A stretch of 64,000 bases of DNA from the human T2T-CHM13v2.0 reference genome, Homo sapiens. The DNA is taken from assembly GCF_009914755.1 (NCBI RefSeq), contig NC_060926.1; one strand, written 5' to 3'. The translations under genes were made by a program, and so were the position numbers. Positions 1-17,318 of this stretch are shown one piece after another (positions within the stretch are counted from its first letter, which is position 1; each line of letters opens with the position of its first letter). Under the pieces are notes generated by a model. That model had not been told where the DNA came from and made no database searches. It saw only the letters and a program-made list of their open reading frames with translations.

Positions 1-238
1 CTGCCACCCCTCCCCCACCATTCTCGCACCCCCGCCCCTGCCACTCAGCTTCACCGACACCAAGCCCAGCAATATGGGGAGCGGTGCAAGGACTGGTGAG
101 ATTTTTAAGAATTTCATTTTTAATTTGTACTAAAAGCTTACAAATTGGTGATTTTTTTCAAAAAAGTCAGCAAACTGCAAGCACCTGTTAATAAAGGTCT
201 TAATAAATTATCAAATAAATAAATAAAATGGAAAAAAG
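1..238 (+). pseudogene. YBX1: YBX1-derived processed pseudogene fragment, internally deleted and cut off by the window start
   Basis: 44-97 translates LSFTDTKPSNMGSGARTG, against the recalled YBX1 N-terminus LSAADTKPGTTGSGAGSG. 98-210 (gagatttttaagaa...caaactgcaagcacctgttaataaaggtctt) matches the recalled YBX1 3' UTR end with AATAAA. An A-rich tail follows. The symbol names the parent gene. Confidence 0.8.
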
Positions 239-5143
<4,905 letters not shown>

Positions 5144-5149
5144 ATATTT

Positions 5150-5450
5150 GGATATTTATATTTCAGGTGGGTTTCTTATAGACAGCATATAGTTGAGTCT
5201 TGGTTTTTAATCTTAACAGTCTCCTATTTTCAGTTGAAATTTTTAGGCCATTTCTATGTAATGTGAATATTGATACGGTTGCTGTTTGCTTTCTATTTGT
5301 CCCATTCTTTTCTTTGTTCCTGGTTTCCTCTTTTTGACTGCTCTTGAATTAATTTTGTTTAATGATTCCAATTTATCTCAATTTTAGCTTATAAACGATA
5401 ACCTTTTCAGTATTATTTAGTGATTGCTTAGGATTTATAGTACACGTACA
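5150..5450 (-). mobile_element. Old L1M fragment
   Basis: ggtgggtttcttatagacagcatatagttgagtcttggttttt resembles antisense L1 near the start of ORF2. Confidence 0.55.
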
Positions 5451-5531
5451 TATTTTTCTTATTTTTATTTATACATAACAGATGCACATGTTTTCAGGGT
5501 ACATGTGATAATTTGATACATTCATATAATG

Positions 5532-5950
5532 TATAAAGATCAAATTAGGGTGTTTGGGATATACATAACCTTAAATGTATATATGTACATATACATACAC
5601 ACATATAACCTTAAATTTAAATGTATGTAGAGAGACAGAACCTTAAATATATATATATTTGTTATATATATTTGTATAAATAAATAATTTGTTATATATA
5701 TTTATATATAAATATGTATTTGTTATATATATATTTAAGGTTGTGTGTGTATACATATATATGTTTAAGGCTGTATGGCCATATATGTGTGTGTGTGTAT
5801 CTATATATATATATATTTGAGGTTATGTATATTCCAATTACCCTAATTTCATCTTTATAATCTTTAAATATATTTTATAATCTTTAAAATGTATATTAAT
5901 TTGTAAATCTAATTATAAATCTTTATAATTTGATCTTTAACATATACATA
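5532..5950. repeat. TA/TG-rich low-complexity tract flanked by a 45-bp inverted repeat
   Basis: 5532-5576 is the reverse complement of 5815-5859 with 5 mismatches. aaccttaaat and tttaagg motifs recur between the arms. Confidence 0.85.
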
Positions 5951-7481
5951 TATTTTAATGCTAGGAACACTTGAATCATTCTTTTCTAGATAATTTGAAT
6001 GTACAATAGATTAATGTTAACTATAGTCACCTTAGTGAACTATCGAACATTAGGTCTTAGATCTTTTATCTAACTGTATATTTGTCTTTTTAATCAACCC
6101 TCCTCCACCTCCCCTTCTCAGCCTCTGGTAACCACCAATCTTCTCTCTCTCTTCATGAGATCTATCACTTTAGCTCACACATATATGTAAGAACAGGCAA
6201 TATTTGTCTTTCTGTGCTTGACTTATTTCACCTAGCGTAACAACTCCCAGTTTCATCCATGTTACTTCAAATGACAGGATTTTATTCTCTTTTATAGTTG
6301 AATAATATTCCATTGTGTAAATATTGCAGATTTGCTTTATCCATTCATCCATTGATGGACACTTAAGTTGATTCCCTTTTTTTGGCTGTTGTGAATGGTG
6401 CTTCAAAATACGTGACTACAGGTATCTCTTTGATAGATTGATTTCCTTTCTTTTAAATATATACCTACTAGTGGAATTGCTAGATCATACGGTAATTCTA
6501 TTTTTAAGTTTCTGAAGAAACTCCCTGCTGTTTTCCATAATGGCTGTACTAATAATTTACATTCCCACCAACAGTGTACCAGGTTTCCCCTTCCTCAACA
6601 TCTTTGTCAGCATCTGTTACTTCCAGTCTTTTTCATAAAAGCATTCTAACTGGGGTGAGATAATACATCACTGTGGTTTTGATTTGCATTTTTTATGATC
6701 AGTGATGTTGAGCTTTTTTTTATATATACCTCTTGGTCATTTGTATGTCTTCTTTGAGAAATGTTTTAGATTTTTTGCCCATTTTTAATAAGATATTTTG
6801 TGGGGTCTTTTTGGGTGTTTGTTTGTTTGCTATTGAGTTTTCTGAGCTCCTTGTGTGTTCTGGTTATTCATCCCTTGTCAGGTGGTTACTCTGTAAATAT
6901 CTTCTCCTATTCTGTGGGTTGGTTCTTCACTTTGTTGATTTTTTCCTTTGGTGTATAGAAGCTTTTTAGCTTGATGTGATCCCATTTGTTTATTTTTGCT
7001 TTTGTTGCCTGTGCTTTTGAGATTTTACACAAAATATCTTTGTCCAGAAAAATATACTAGAACATTTCCCTAACGTTTTCTTTTGGTAGTTTCATAGTTT
7101 CAGGTTTAGATTTAAAACTTAGATATGATTTTTAATACATTTTGATTTTTTATGTGGTGAGAGATAGGGATCTAATTCCATTTTTCTGCTTATGGTTATT
7201 CAGCTTTTGAAGCACCATTTTTTGAAGAGACTGTCTTTTCCTTATTGTATGTTCTAGGTACCATTGAGTTGGGTATAAATGTATGGATTTATATCCAGTT
7301 TCCTTATTCTGTTACATTGGTCTATGTATCTGTTTTTATGCCAGTACCATACAGATTAACTATAGCTGTCTTGTATATTTTAAAGTTAGGTAGTATGATG
7401 CCTGCAGCTTTGTTCTTTTTGTTCAGGATTGCTTTGACTATTCTGGGTCTTTTGCGGTTCCATATAATTGTTTTTTCTATT

Positions 7482-7784
7482 CCTTTTCTTTGTTTTCTTT
7501 TTGAGACAGACTCTCACTCTGTCACTCAGGCTGGAGTGCAGTGGTGCCATCTCGGCTCATTGCAACCTCTGCCTCCTGTGTTCAAGCAATGCTCATGCCT
7601 CAGCCTCCCAGTGTAGCTGGGATTACAAGCATGCACCACCATGCCTGGCTAATTTTTGTAATTTTAGTAGAGTCAGGGTTTTATCATGTTGGCCAGGCTG
7701 CTCTCAAACTCCTGGCCCCATGCAATCTTCCCACCTCTGCCTCCCAAATGCTGGGATTACAGGTGTGAGCCACTGTGCTCAGCC
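7482..7784 (-). mobile_element. Alu (older AluJ/AluS type) inserted in the L1MA
   Basis: Full dimer. TSD tgttttttctatt at 7469-7481 and 7785-7797. Confidence 0.95.
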
Positions 7785-10579
7785 TGTTTTTTCTATTTCT
7801 GTGAAGAATATCCTTGGTATTTTGATAGAGATTACATTAAATCTGTAAATTGCTTTGAGTAGTATTGTAATTTTAGCAATATTCAGTCTTCCAATCCATG
7901 AGCTTGGAATATTTTTTAAATGTTTTATATCCTCTTCAATTTCTTTTATCAATGTTTTAAACGTTTCCTTGTATTGATCTTTTACTATTTCTTTGGTTAA
8001 ACTGTTTCCTAGGTATTTTATATTCTTTGTAGATATTGTAAACGGGATTGCTTTCTTGATTTGTTTTTCAGATTGCTTTTTGTTGGCGTATAGAAATGCT
8101 ACATTTGTATGCTGGTTTTTATATGTTGGTTTTTGTATCCTGCGACTTTACTGAATTTGTTTATTGATTCCAATGACTATTTTGCAGAGTCTTTATGTTT
8201 TCCAAATATAAGATTAAGTCATCTGCGCATAAAGCCAATTTGACTTCTTTTGTCCTAATTTGGATGCCCTTTATCTCTTTCTCTTGCCTAATTGGTCTTG
8301 CCAGGACTTTCAGTATTGTGTTGAAAAAAAGTGAAAGTTTTGATAATATGATGTATGTCATTTATTGACTTGCATATATTAGACAATTTTGCATTCTTGG
8401 GATGAATCTCACTTGACTTATTTCACCTGGCATGAATATCATGGTGAATTATCTTTTTAACATGCTGTTGAATTCAGTTTGCTATTATTTCATTGAGGAT
8501 TTTGCATTTATTTTCACCAGTAATATTGACCTGTAGCTTTCTTTTTTTGTGGTGTGTTTTTCTGGTTTTGGTATCTCAGTAATCCTGGCCTTATAAAATA
8601 AGTTTAGAAGTATTCCGTCATCTTCAATTTGTTTAAAGACTTTGACTAGAATTGGTTCTGTGTTTAATGTTCGGTAGAACATCAGGTCCTAGGCTCTTCT
8701 TTGATGAGAGACTTTTTATTATGACTTCAATCTTGTTACTCATTATTGGTTTATTGAGGTTTCCTATTCCTTCATGGTTCAATCTTGGTAGGTTATATGT
8801 GTCAAGAAATGTATTCATATCTTCCAGGTTTTCCAGTTTATTGGTGTATAGTTGTTCATATGTCTCTAACGATTCTTTGTATTTCTGTAGTTAGTTGTTA
8901 TGTCTCCTTTTTCATTTCTAATTTTACTTAATTGGGTCTACTCTTTTAATCTTAGTATAGTTATAGGTTTGTTGATTTTGTTTATCTTTTCCAAAAACCA
9001 ACTTTTCGTTTTATCGACCTGTTTTACTTTTTGTCTCAATTTCACTATTTTTCTGCTCCAATTTTTATTACTTCTTTCCATGTACTAATTTAGGTTTTGG
9101 TTTATTATTGCTTTGTCAGTTCCTTAAGAGCCATCATTAGCTTGTTTATCTGAAGTCTTCACACCTCTTTGATAAAGTCATTTATGGCCATAAACTTCTA
9201 TCATTTGTTGTATCCCATAGATTTTTGTATGTTGCATCTCCATTTCCATGTGGTTCAAGAATTTTTATAATATCCTTTTTAATTTCTTTATGACCCATTG
9301 ATCATTTAGGAACATACTGTTGACTTTTTATGTGTTTCTGCAGTTTCTGAAGTTCCTCTTGTTATTGATTTCTAGTTTGAGTCCACTGTGGTCAGAAAAG
9401 ACACTTGTTCAGATTTATGCTCTTAAATGTTTTGAGTCTTGTTTTGAGGCCTGATACATGGTCTATCCTGGAGAATGTTCCATGTACTTATGAAAAGAAT
9501 GTATATTCTGATACAGTTGGGTGAAATGTTATGGGTCTAGTGTGTAGTTTAACTCAGATGATTATTTGTTGACTTTTTTGTCCACTACTGAAAGTAGGGT
9601 GTTGATGTCCCCTACTCTTACTATACTGAAGCCTGTCTTTGCTTAACATTAGACTTACTAATGTTTACTTTGTACACACGGATGCTCCTGTGTGGGGTGC
9701 ATAGATGTCTATACGAGTATATCCTCTATCTGAATTGATCCCTTTATCTTTATATTCTGACTTTCTTTGTCTCTTTTTACAGCATTTTACTTGTAGTCTA
9801 TTTTATCAGTTGTAAGTATAGATATTTCTGCTATTTTTGGTTTCCACTTTCACAGAATGGCTTCTTCTATCTCTTCACTTTCAGTCTGTGTGTGTGTTTA
9901 TAGTAAGGTAGGTTTCTTCTAGATAGTATTTAGTTGTCTTTGTTTTCTATCCAGTTAATCACTCTGTGTATTTTTATTAGAGAATTATCTCCACTTATAT
10001 TCAGTGTTATTATTGATGAATAAAGGCTTATTATTGCTATTTTGTTGCTTATTTTCTGGCTGTTTTATAACTCATTTTTTTCTTTTCTTCCTTTTTTTAC
10101 GGTCTTCCTTTGTGGTTAAGTGTTTTTCTCTGGTAGCGTGTTTTAATTTGTTGCTTTTTATTTTAAATCTGTTTTAAATTTGTTGCTTTTTGTTTTCTCA
10201 GTTTACATATTTTATATTGCCTATCTCTTAATGGTTGCTGTAATTATTACTGTTTTCGATAGATTAGTTTTTTCATCTTCATAGTAGAGTTACAAGTGGA
10301 TTGCTCATCACAATTACAATATTAGAGTATTCTAGGTTTGTCTGTGTACTTAATTTTACCAGTGGATTTCTACCTGTATTTTTTATTTCTTTTTGCACAT
10401 TAGCGTTTTTTTTTTTCTTTCAGTCTGAAGAACTCCCTTTGGCTTTTAAGACAGGTCTAATAGTGGTATATTTTCTCAGCTTTTGTTATCTAGGAAAAAC
10501 TTTATTTCTCACTCATATTTGAAAAATAGCTTTGCTGGATACAGTATTCCTAGATGGCATTTTTTTCTTTCAGTGTTGG

Positions 10580-11300
10580 TTCTTATAGGATATGTTTGCT
10601 TAGAGATTATTTGTAATTTTTGAATTTTTTCATTTTTATCATCTTGGGATTCTGGATATTTTAGTATTAATATGAATATTATTTCAGTTCTGAGATACAA
10701 TTAAAATTATTTGCAAACCAGTTTGATCTCTTTGCATCTTGCTTTTAAGTTTTGTTTAGCAGATCACAGAAGTGCTTAGTTTCAGTCTAATTTTTCCCCA
10801 ATATGGACACAAAATGTTATGAGGACTCCACTCAATGACCTGTGAATTATGAGGCATGGTTCTTTCCTTAACTCAGGTAGTTTTGTTGGGTAAAGACTCA
10901 AAGGGATCCTCTTCAGATCTCTGGAGTGCTCTGCCTATGCAGTCTTTCCATTTCCAGTACTCTGCCCTATAAACTCATGCTGCTTTCACTTTCCAGGACT
11001 TTTAACAATGAATTTCTTCAACTCAGAGATACCTCAGGATCCTACCTAATATGTTGTCTCTTCACCATGTCCTAGGGAATCTCTAGCCAGTAAGATCAGG
11101 CAAACTTGAGCCTCAACTAATTTTTTTTTTTTTTATTTCTCAGAGCAGTATCCTTCATTGGCTGATATTCAATGTCTTAAGAATTGATGTTTGATACATT
11201 TTATTTGGTTTCTTACTTTGGTTTTCATTTTGCTTTTTATTTTAGTTGTTTTAGGCATAATGGTAAGCCCAGTCTCTATTAATCTTGTCCTGAAGTGGAT
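10580..11300 (-). mobile_element. Old L1M 5' region relic
   Basis: Resembles antisense L1MC/ME 5' sequence. Highly diverged, boundaries approximate. Confidence 0.4.
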
Positions 11301-11426
11301 GCTTGAAAAATCACTGGAATTGTGTATCAATCTTAAACTACATTTTGTCTCCTAGAGCAGAGTTTACTTATGGTTATTCATTTTTCAATTATGAGACTCG
11401 ATTTGTCATGTAAGGAGTGATTTTCT

Positions 11427-11872
11427 TTTTTCCCAACTTTTATTTTAAGTTCGGGGTATGTGTACAGAATGTGTACGTTTGTTAGTTAAATGTGTGCCAT
11501 GGTGGTTTGCTGCATAGATCATCCGATCACCTAGGTATTAAGCCCAGGATTCATTAGCTATTTTTCCTGATTCTTTCTCTCCTCCCACTCCTCACCTTCA
11601 AACAGGCCCCAATGTGTGTTGTTCCCCACCATGTGTCCATGTGTTCTCATCATTCAGTTCCCACTTATAAGTGAGAACATGCAGTATTTGGTTTTCTGTT
11701 CCTGCATCAGTTTGCATGCTGGTGAGGTTGTGGAGAAAAAGGAATGCTTTGACACTGTTGGTGGGAGTGTAAATTAGTTCAAAAATTGGGGAAAACAGTG
11801 TGGCAGTTCCTCAAAGTGAAGACCTAGAGGCAGAAATACTATTTGACCCATTACTGGGTATATACCCATAGA
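11427..11872 (-). mobile_element. Short L1PA element with 5' inversion (antisense 11427-~11715, sense ~11716-11872)
   Basis: Antisense L1PA 3' UTR, then sense ORF2-end sequence gctggtgaggttgtggagaaaaagg. Imperfect 19-bp TSD atgtaaggagtgattttct / atgtaaggaattattttct at 11408-11426 and 11873-11891. Confidence 0.88.
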
Positions 11873-13439
11873 ATGTAAGGAATTATTTTCTAATGGTTAA
11901 TCTGATTACTATTTTAGGATGTAGCCACACAATTCTGGGAATTTCATTTTTATTGAAAACCTTTTGACATGTAGTCCCTAAACTGGAAGTTCCTTTTGCA
12001 CAAAGAATTTGACACCCTTCTCAGACATTTTTTTCTTGAGAGCTGTCTAAGCACCATGCAAGAGGCTTATTATATACTCAAAAGTCACAATATGCCTCAT
12101 AATTTTTTTTCCTCAGGAAAAATATTTTTCAAGGTATCAGTCTTAGAAGAGTCATTCAGGGAGAATGATTTCCTCTGTCAATTCAATGTATATTGAAAAG
12201 AAAAAAAAGAGTGTGATATAACTTGAGAAGACACAAAGTGTAGGCAACATTTATGTGGCAACATGGCACTGACTATTCAATCTTTATTGATAGCTAATGA
12301 GTTTTACCGGATGTCTACTTGGCTTATCATAGATTATTAGAGTTGGCTTGGTTTATTGTGTCCAATCAGGATGGATTTGCAATCTAATTAATTTGTTCCT
12401 CACCCCTGTTGACCTTCAAGGGAATAAACAGAAGGAAATTCCTAGATCATTGAATCACTGCTTTCACCACTACAGAGTCATTCTTCTGCATGCAGATTGA
12501 ATATTAAAAAATAAACAGCTTCACAGGTGTTTATTTAGGGTGCTGTGAAAGAAACCAAGAGAAGAGCTAAGGAATTTTTCTGTTTATCCTTTTCTCCAAT
12601 AATTTCATGGACAGGTAAATCTTTAAAACACCTCTCAAAAACACCTTAATTTTTTTTTTAAATAATGTGACGAAGCAGCTTTTAGTTATTTAGCATTTCT
12701 AATCTTGCAATCTGACTTAGTGGAAAATCACTTTGTTTTCTTCATCTCAGGTTTCAAACCAAAAATATAGCCATAATGTGTTCTGCTTTTGTATAGACTG
12801 CATAAGATAATATTTATAAAAATCACTGTGAAACACAGACCACTCATCCTATATATAATATACTACGACAATAATAGGTGTTGTTGCTGAATTATTCTAT
12901 TTTCAATGTTTACTATGATGGTTGAACACAAAGCTTGAGCCTATTACGTATAATTTTTTTATAAAATACTCTAAAAGAAGAATCAATACATGAGAAAAAA
13001 ATTAAACTTTGACTTCAACATAGTCTGTATGGCAGTGAGGATAAAATGGCTAAAAGAAAAAACAAGCAATATTTGCTAACAATAGAAGAAAATATCCTGG
13101 AATCCATTTTTTTTCCTAGCAATAGAGGGTAACTCTAGAAGTTTTTTTTTTTCTTGCCAAAATGCCAAGAATATACAGCAGAGCAAAAAGCATGCAAAGC
13201 ACAGAAGCTGCTTTCAGAGTATGTCACAGCAGCTGCATTTTGAAAAGAGTTGAAGAAGTAAAAAACCTGAAATTTTAGTATTACCCATCTCTATATAGTT
13301 ATGAGTTAATCATAATTCTCTTAAGACTGTAACTTGAACTATTATACAGAGAGATTTAAAAGTCTTTGAAAATAAATATTTGCGAACAGTGTGATTCAGA
13401 ATACAAAGAAAGATATTTATTTTCCTTTAGCAATAATCA

Positions 13440-13865
<426 letters not shown>

Positions 13866-14049
13866 AGAATATAGGTTCATTGTTAGGTAGACTTTATAAA
13901 CGTTTTTTATCCCTTTGCTCTCTGTTTTAATCATAAGAATTAGTGATCCTACTCCTTTCCACAGTGACTCCTTGCACTTCTCTCTTGAATATAACAGTCA
14001 GTCCTTGCAGGGCACTTACCCAGCAGTCAGGTGATCTGTTCTTCACGAG

Positions 14050-14200
14050 TTTTATTTCACTTGAACCTCTCAATAACACTGAGGTATTGATAGTACTATT
14101 ATCTCCCCATTTGGCAGACTTGACACTGAGGCCAACAGAGGCTAAGTAATGACTTGGTTCATGCAGTTGAATAGTGGGAGAGTGAGGATTAAACCACAAA
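14050..14200 (-). mobile_element. MIR
   Basis: Core-like attatctccccatttggcaga...actgaggc...agaggctaagtaa. Confidence 0.65.
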
Positions 14201-14647
14201 CCCTGTGGTTATAAACACGATGAGATAACGCTTTGTTATATAAACCGAGCCTCTCACTCTGTGACCTTTCTCAGACCCTACTCCATCCATAATTGTTCTC
14301 TCCACTCTCCTGACCTTCTGTCACTCTCTGTCCCTTTGCTTTCTCCATCTTTAGTGGCTCCTTTTGCTCAGCCATATATTAAAGCTTTTATGTTTTTCAA
14401 AACTGCAGTAATACCATCGTTCTTACCCTCCAGCTCCAACTCCTTCCTCTGTGCCAAGGTCCTCACAGCAATGGTCACTTGGCCTCCATTTCCACTCTTC
14501 TCATTTATTTTATCTCACCCACCATGAAACTGAAAGTGTACTCTTAAAATAGAGTAATAAATTTCTGATTTCTAGTTTTATTTCAGTTCACATTCTACTC
14601 TAATTGTATACAAAATTTGGCAATTTTTACCGCAATATCTTCCCTCC

Positions 14648-14817
14648 TTTTTTTTTTTTTTTTATTTTTAGAGATACGGTGTTGTTCTATTGCCCAGACT
14701 GTAGTGCAATGGCTCAATCATAGCTCTCTGCAGCCTCAAACTCCTGGGCTGAAGGGATCCTCCCACCTCAACTTTCCAAAGTGCTGAGACTACATGCGTG
14801 AGCCACTGTGCCTGTCC
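14648..14817 (-). mobile_element. Alu monomer (FRAM-like)
   Basis: Single-arm Alu with poly-T, flanked by caatatctt (14633-14641 and 14817-14825). Confidence 0.85.
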
Positions 14818-14828
14818 AATATCTTTCT

Positions 14829-15146
14829 TTTTCTTTTTCTTTTTCTTTTTTTTTTTTTTTTTTTTTTTGAGACGGAGTCTTGCTCTGTCACCAGGCTGTA
14901 GTGCAGTGGTGCAATCTTGGCTTACTGAAACCTCTGTCTCCCAGGTTCAAGGAATTCTTCTGCCTCAGCCTCCAGAATAGCTGGGACTACAGGCATGTAC
15001 CACCAAGCCCAGCTAATTTTTGTATTTTAATAGAGACGGGGTTTCACCATGTTGGCCAGGATGGTCTTGATCTTTTGACCTCGTGATCTGCCTGCCTCAG
15101 CCTCCCAGAGTGCTGGGATTACAGGTGTGAGCCACTGCTCCCGGCC
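14829..15146 (-). mobile_element. AluS (Sc-like)
   Basis: Full dimer. TSD tg(t/g)ccaatatctttct at 14813-14828 and 15147-15162. Confidence 0.95.
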
Positions 15147-15329
15147 TGGCCAATATCTTTCTCTAAAGTCTCTTCTTCCTTTCCTTTTTACTCCTGATTT
15201 TCTTTCTATGTCAGTTCATTTATTTTTATTTTTTGTCCTCTCTCTCCCCTTAAGTGTTTATGTTTTAAGATTTCTGACCTTTTTTCTCTCTTCTCTCCTT
15301 GATCTATCAAGAATCATTAATCCACAAAC

Positions 15330-16515
15330 AAGAAGAGTCCTAAATTTCTATCTCTAGCCCTGACTCTCACCTCAGCATGGGATTCGTATTACAAACAGTA
15401 CAGTGGACATCAGCACCTAAATGCTATGTGGGCTTCTCAAATATTTCCAAAACCAAACACATGATCTCCCACTGCCCTCAGAAATGTCCCTTTCTTCTTC
15501 ATTTTCTATGTATATGAGAATGACCATTCAGTTATCTAAGCATAAAACTCAAGACCCTTCTCAGTTAGTTAAAATATTTAAAGTGTTTAGAAAAGACCCT
15601 GCACATTATAAACACTCAATAATTCTTAGTTAACACTAAAATTGCCTTTACTAGTTAACAGTACTATTTGCCATTGACTTATCACTCTTCCTCACTTACT
15701 ATATCCAACTGAACTCCCGTCATGACAATTCAATCCCTACTAAGTCTCTGGACTTTTGATTTCTCCTTCCTTTTTCACTGCCACTGCTTTAGTTCTTTCA
15801 GGCTGTCCATTTTCAAACACCAGAGCTGGTCTCCCTGACTTCAGATTCTAACCATTCCCATTACATTTTCTCACTGCCTACAGAGTTATCTTGCTAAAAC
15901 TCAAGTGGGGTCAGGCACTCTCTGTGATAAGTTCATGTAATTGTACCACGTAAGGCCTTTCCCAATCTAAACACAAGCTACCCTGCCAGTCATGCCACTT
16001 GGCATTTAGCCGATGACACCTTCCATGCTGTGCTCCAGTTAGAACTGCTTCTCAACCCTAAGACTGACCATGCCCCGACATATTATACTCTTTTTATACC
16101 TATGCTCTATGCCTTCTCTTTCTGCCTGGAAAACTCCTACTTCAATCTTAAATCCTATTAAAACTTTTAACTGTTAATCTTGATTTTAAACATTACTCTT
16201 TCCCTACCTAGCTCCCTGTACACTTCCATCCCTACCCCAGTCAGGCAGAACAGGGTACTGTCTCCTCAGGGTTTCTATTTTGTAAATTTGTAGAAGCCCA
16301 TTTTTATAACACAAAATCTTAAATAATTGTTTCCACAATATCATATTTTTACAATATTATGTTTATTGTCCAGTAATTATGTAATAGCTAATCATAACTC
16401 CAACGTATCTTGAAGGAGGAGCTTCAGGTTTGTTTATATTTTTATTTTCAGAACCATTCTTATATTTGACACACAACAAATTCCTAAAAACTGCTTGTAA
16501 AGTGAATGAAGTAAA
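15330..16515 (+). mobile_element. L2 fragments, with a short MIR 3' piece near 15570-15635
   Basis: L2-like aaatttctatctctagccctgactctc... and terminal tgaatgaa. Very diverged. Confidence 0.55.
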
Positions 16516-16654
16516 ACAATTCTTACATTTCACTTTCTCAGCCAACCTACTCTTTGATTATAATTATGGTAGATACTGCTTTTATAACCCACTTCATTCC
16601 TCACATCCTTTACATTTATACCCCAAATATAAATTGGTAGGAATTCTCTAAACC

Positions 16655-16800
16655 ATTCAGTGTCTCATTTTCCTTACCTGTAAAATGCTGAAACTACTTT
16701 ATAAGGTTGTCATGGGATTTATACCATTTATATACAAAAAACAATTAGAATATAACAGGTATCTGATTAGCATCTAATACAATTAACTATTACTATGATT
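16655..16800 (+). mobile_element. MIR fragment
   Basis: Core tctcattttccttacctgtaaaatg. Confidence 0.5.
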
Positions 16801-16943
16801 ACTCTTGTATTCGAATGTTCCTTTTTCCTCTGATACATTTGTGTGCAATGCTCCCTATGTTTGGATGATAATGTTTTCTTAGTTTTCCCACATAAAAGGG
16901 AGAGATCAGTGAATCCCTTTATAAGATAAAAGACATATGTAAT

Positions 16944-17318
16944 TATATTAGTCTATTCTCACAGTGCTATAAAGAAATACCTGAGACTGGGTAATTTATA
17001 AAGGAGAGAGGTTTAATTGACCCACAGTTCTGCATGGCTGGGAGGCCTCAGGAGACTTACAATCATGGCAGAAGGCAAAGGAGAAGCAGGCACCTTCCTC
17101 ACAGGGTGGCAGGACAGAGTAAGTGCAAAGAGAGGAAATGCCAGACCCTTGTAAAATCATCAGATCTCATGAGACTCACTCACTATCACGAGGACAGCAT
17201 GGGCAAAACTGCCCCATGATCCAATTACCTCCGCCTTGTCCTGTCCTTGACGTGTGGGGATTATGGGGATTACAATTCAAGGTGAGATTTTGGGTGGGGT
17301 CACAGCCAAACCGTATCA
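16944..17318 (-). mobile_element. MaLR solo LTR (THE1D-like)
   Basis: Antisense THE1/MST LTR (gagactgggtaatttataaag...cagccaaaccgtatca). Imperfect 5-bp TSD gtaat/ataat. Confidence 0.9.

Larger units (their letters stand above)
5455..10575 (-). mobile_element. Degenerate L1MA-like LINE-1 (3' UTR, ORF2, part of ORF1), interrupted by a TA-rich foldback and an Alu
   Basis: Antisense L1MA 3' end (ggtacatgtgataatttgatac...). Minus-strand ORF2 peptides [25 protein letters not shown] and [13 protein letters not shown]. Confidence 0.9.

Noticed and set aside
7245-7848. Longer ORFs of 120-130 aa here and at 53731-54117
   Set aside because: Typical Alu-derived open frames ([15 protein letters not shown]).
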